Assembly (NCBI GenBank): GCA_963823555.1
Contig: CAWGMA010000001.1
Coordinates: forward strand, 1,888,001-1,952,000
Source: Candidatus Eiseniibacteriota bacterium
GTDB taxonomy: Bacteria; Eisenbacteria; RBG-16-71-46; CAVPCR01
DNA: 64,000 bases
Direction of reading: 5' to 3'
A model generated the notes under the pieces. That model searched no databases. It saw only the letters and a list, made by a program, of their open reading frames with translations, and had not been told where the DNA came from. Below are positions 62,175 through 64,000 of the stretch, piece after piece (within the stretch, counting starts at the first letter, position 1; each line of letters opens with the position of its first letter). Position numbers and translations under genes: made by a program.

Positions 62175-63986
62175 ATGGACTCCCCCCTCAACCAGGAAGC
62201 CGGATCGCACCATCCGACCCGCCGATCCCGGAACTGGATTCAGAGCCTGGGACCGCTCTGGATTCCGGGCGCCGTGCTTCTCGTTCTCCTCGCCCACGGC
62301 TATGCCTTCGAGCTGGGAGCGGAGAACCAGCCCCTCCAGATCCCCCGCATCGAACGGATCATCGATCCCACGCTCTACTCCGGCGACGCGCTGGTCGACA
62401 CCCTCGACCGGTACCCATCGCTGTTCTTCCCGGCCGCCGCGTGGATGGCGCGCTGGATACCGCTCGAGCGCCAGTTCTTGGTCCTCCATCTCCTGACCAT
62501 GGCCGCGGTGGCGATCGCGATGGCGAGTGTCGCCCGCAAGCTCCTGGGCTCGCAGCCAGCGGCCATCCTGGCCGCCCTGCTCCTCGTCCTGTCACCGGTG
62601 GTTCGCCCGACGCTGATCGGCCGCGACACCCTGGTCGCCGCCTGGGTCACGCCGACGACCATCTCCTTCCCCATCCTGCTCATCGCGCTCGGCTTCCTGC
62701 TCGCCGGGCGCTTCGCCTGGGCGGGATTGGTGGCGGGGCTTGCGGCTCACATCAATGCCGTCGCCGCCGGCATCTTCCTCATCGTCGCCCTGCCGGTCGC
62801 CTGCGGTGAACGCCATCGACTGCGGTCATCGGCCCTCCTCTGCGCAACGTTCGCCATCGCCGCGCTCCCATCGCTGCTCACCTTGCCGGGGCATGCCTTG
62901 GTTGGCGGCCGTGGGCTCGACTTTCTCGCTCTGCTTCGCCGCTACTACCCCTACCACTTCTTCCTCGATGAGCATTCGCCGGGTGTCTTCGTGCGTCTGG
63001 CCATCTTGATCGGGGTGGCGATCGTCGGATTCCGCGCCCTCGCGCCGAGCGACCCCGCGCGGCGGGCGCGCCGGCTCGCCCTGACCGTGGCCGTCACCGT
63101 GGCCGCGGGCGCCGTCTTCGCCGATCTGGTCCCCGTGGCGGCGCTGACGCAGCTCCACCTCATGCGCGCCGACCGCTGGTTCTTCGTGCTCCTCTACGTG
63201 CTGGCCGGGGGACTCCTCCTCTCCGCTACCACCAGGGACCGGGTCGCCACAGCGGGCGCCGCGGCGATCACGATCGGTCTCTTGCGCGCCGCCTACCCGC
63301 TCATCGCCTGGGGAACGATCCTCATGCTCGTCAGGCCGCGGTCGAGCCGGGCCCGCTGGCTGATCGTCATCGCGGCGGCCGGGATGGCGCTGTGGCGGCT
63401 GTGGGAACCCACCTATCTGATCTCCAGCGTCCTGCTCGTGATCTTGCTGCTGCTAGCCATGGCCGGAAATGCGCGTCAGACTGCCTTCGCGCTGCGCACC
63501 GGACTGGCCTTGGCCCTGGTGCTCGCGTTCGTCGAAGTGGCGATCGACACGGGGACGCTCGGCCGCGGTGGCGTCTCCATCTCGCGGCAGGTGTTTCATC
63601 CGGACTGGCGCGAGGTTCAGGACTGGGCCACCGCGCATACTCCGGTCGCGGCTCGCTTCATGACGCCGCCCAGGTACGCGGGATTCCGCGTTTACTCCCA
63701 TCGCAGCACGATTGTCGAGCACAAGGATGGAGCAGCCATGCTCTGGGTGCCGGAATTCGGCCCCGGCTGGTGGCAGCGCCTCGGCGCGGTGGACGACGCC
63801 ATCACATCAGGCGATGCGGCCGAGCTGCGCGCCGTGGCCGAGCACTACGGGGCCGAGTGGATCATCGTGCCCCGCGAGAGCGCCCCCCAGGAATCCTCAC
63901 CCGAGCTCGCCCTGGTCCACTCGAACCGGCGCTTCAATGTCTATGCCCTGCCGCCGCCGGAGCCGCCGGGACCGAGCACCCCCTAG
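62175..63986 (+). CDS. Polytopic membrane protein, DUF6798-like (probable GT-C-related)
   Basis: DPTLYSGD, PYH, C-terminal WREVQDWA..TP..ARFMTPP..GFRVYSHRS..WWQRL. Confidence 0.6.
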   Translation: MDSPLNQEAGSHHPTRRSRNWIQSLGPLWIPGAVLLVLLAHGYAFELGAENQPLQIPRIERIIDPTLYSGDALVDTLDRYPSLFFPAAAWMARWIPLERQFLVLHLLTMAAVAIAMASVARKLLGSQPAAILAALLLVLSPVVRPTLIGRDTLVAAWVTPTTISFPILLIALGFLLAGRFAWAGLVAGLAAHINAVAAGIFLIVALPVACGERHRLRSSALLCATFAIAALPSLLTLPGHALVGGRGLDFLALLRRYYPYHFFLDEHSPGVFVRLAILIGVAIVGFRALAPSDPARRARRLALTVAVTVAAGAVFADLVPVAALTQLHLMRADRWFFVLLYVLAGGLLLSATTRDRVATAGAAAITIGLLRAAYPLIAWGTILMLVRPRSSRARWLIVIAAAGMALWRLWEPTYLISSVLLVILLLLAMAGNARQTAFALRTGLALALVLAFVEVAIDTGTLGRGGVSISRQVFHPDWREVQDWATAHTPVAARFMTPPRYAGFRVYSHRSTIVEHKDGAAMLWVPEFGPGWWQRLGAVDDAITSGDAAELRAVAEHYGAEWIIVPRESAPQESSPELALVHSNRRFNVYALPPPEPPGPSTP

Positions 63987-64000
63987 CGGCCGGTTCCCCG

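Overview
High-GC, diderm bacterial chromosome segment. The gene set (T9SS translocon SprA, a T9SS-type cargo protein, DUF4837-like lipoprotein, Bacteroidota-type M28/glutaminyl cyclase, LptFG, ADP-heptose enzymes) points to an FCB-superphylum lineage such as Ca. Eisenbacteria or Latescibacterota; this taxonomy is an inference. Most of the window is housekeeping: acc/aro/thi genes, an ECF sigma-antisigma-HtrA module, cydAB, a surface-polysaccharide locus, the fab cluster, sucCD-ndk, rfaE1/E2 and radC. I found no tRNA, rRNA, CRISPR array or mobile element. Main points of interest: (1) a tetraether-lipid-synthase (Tes/GDGT-MAS)-like radical SAM gene next to cydAB; (2) an arginine synthetase (ArcE)-like gene heading a sucC-sucD-ndk operon, preceded by a candidate Arg-codon leader peptide and terminator; (3) a structured, terminator-ended leader of about 280 nt before a small orphan gene; (4) a probable 6S RNA; (5) several apparent pseudo-enzymes (HtrA, AsnB, ATP-grasp, M6 peptidase, half glycosyltransferase); (6) five +1 frameshifts that look like assembly errors. 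All family calls come from motifs recognised by eye; no searches were run.
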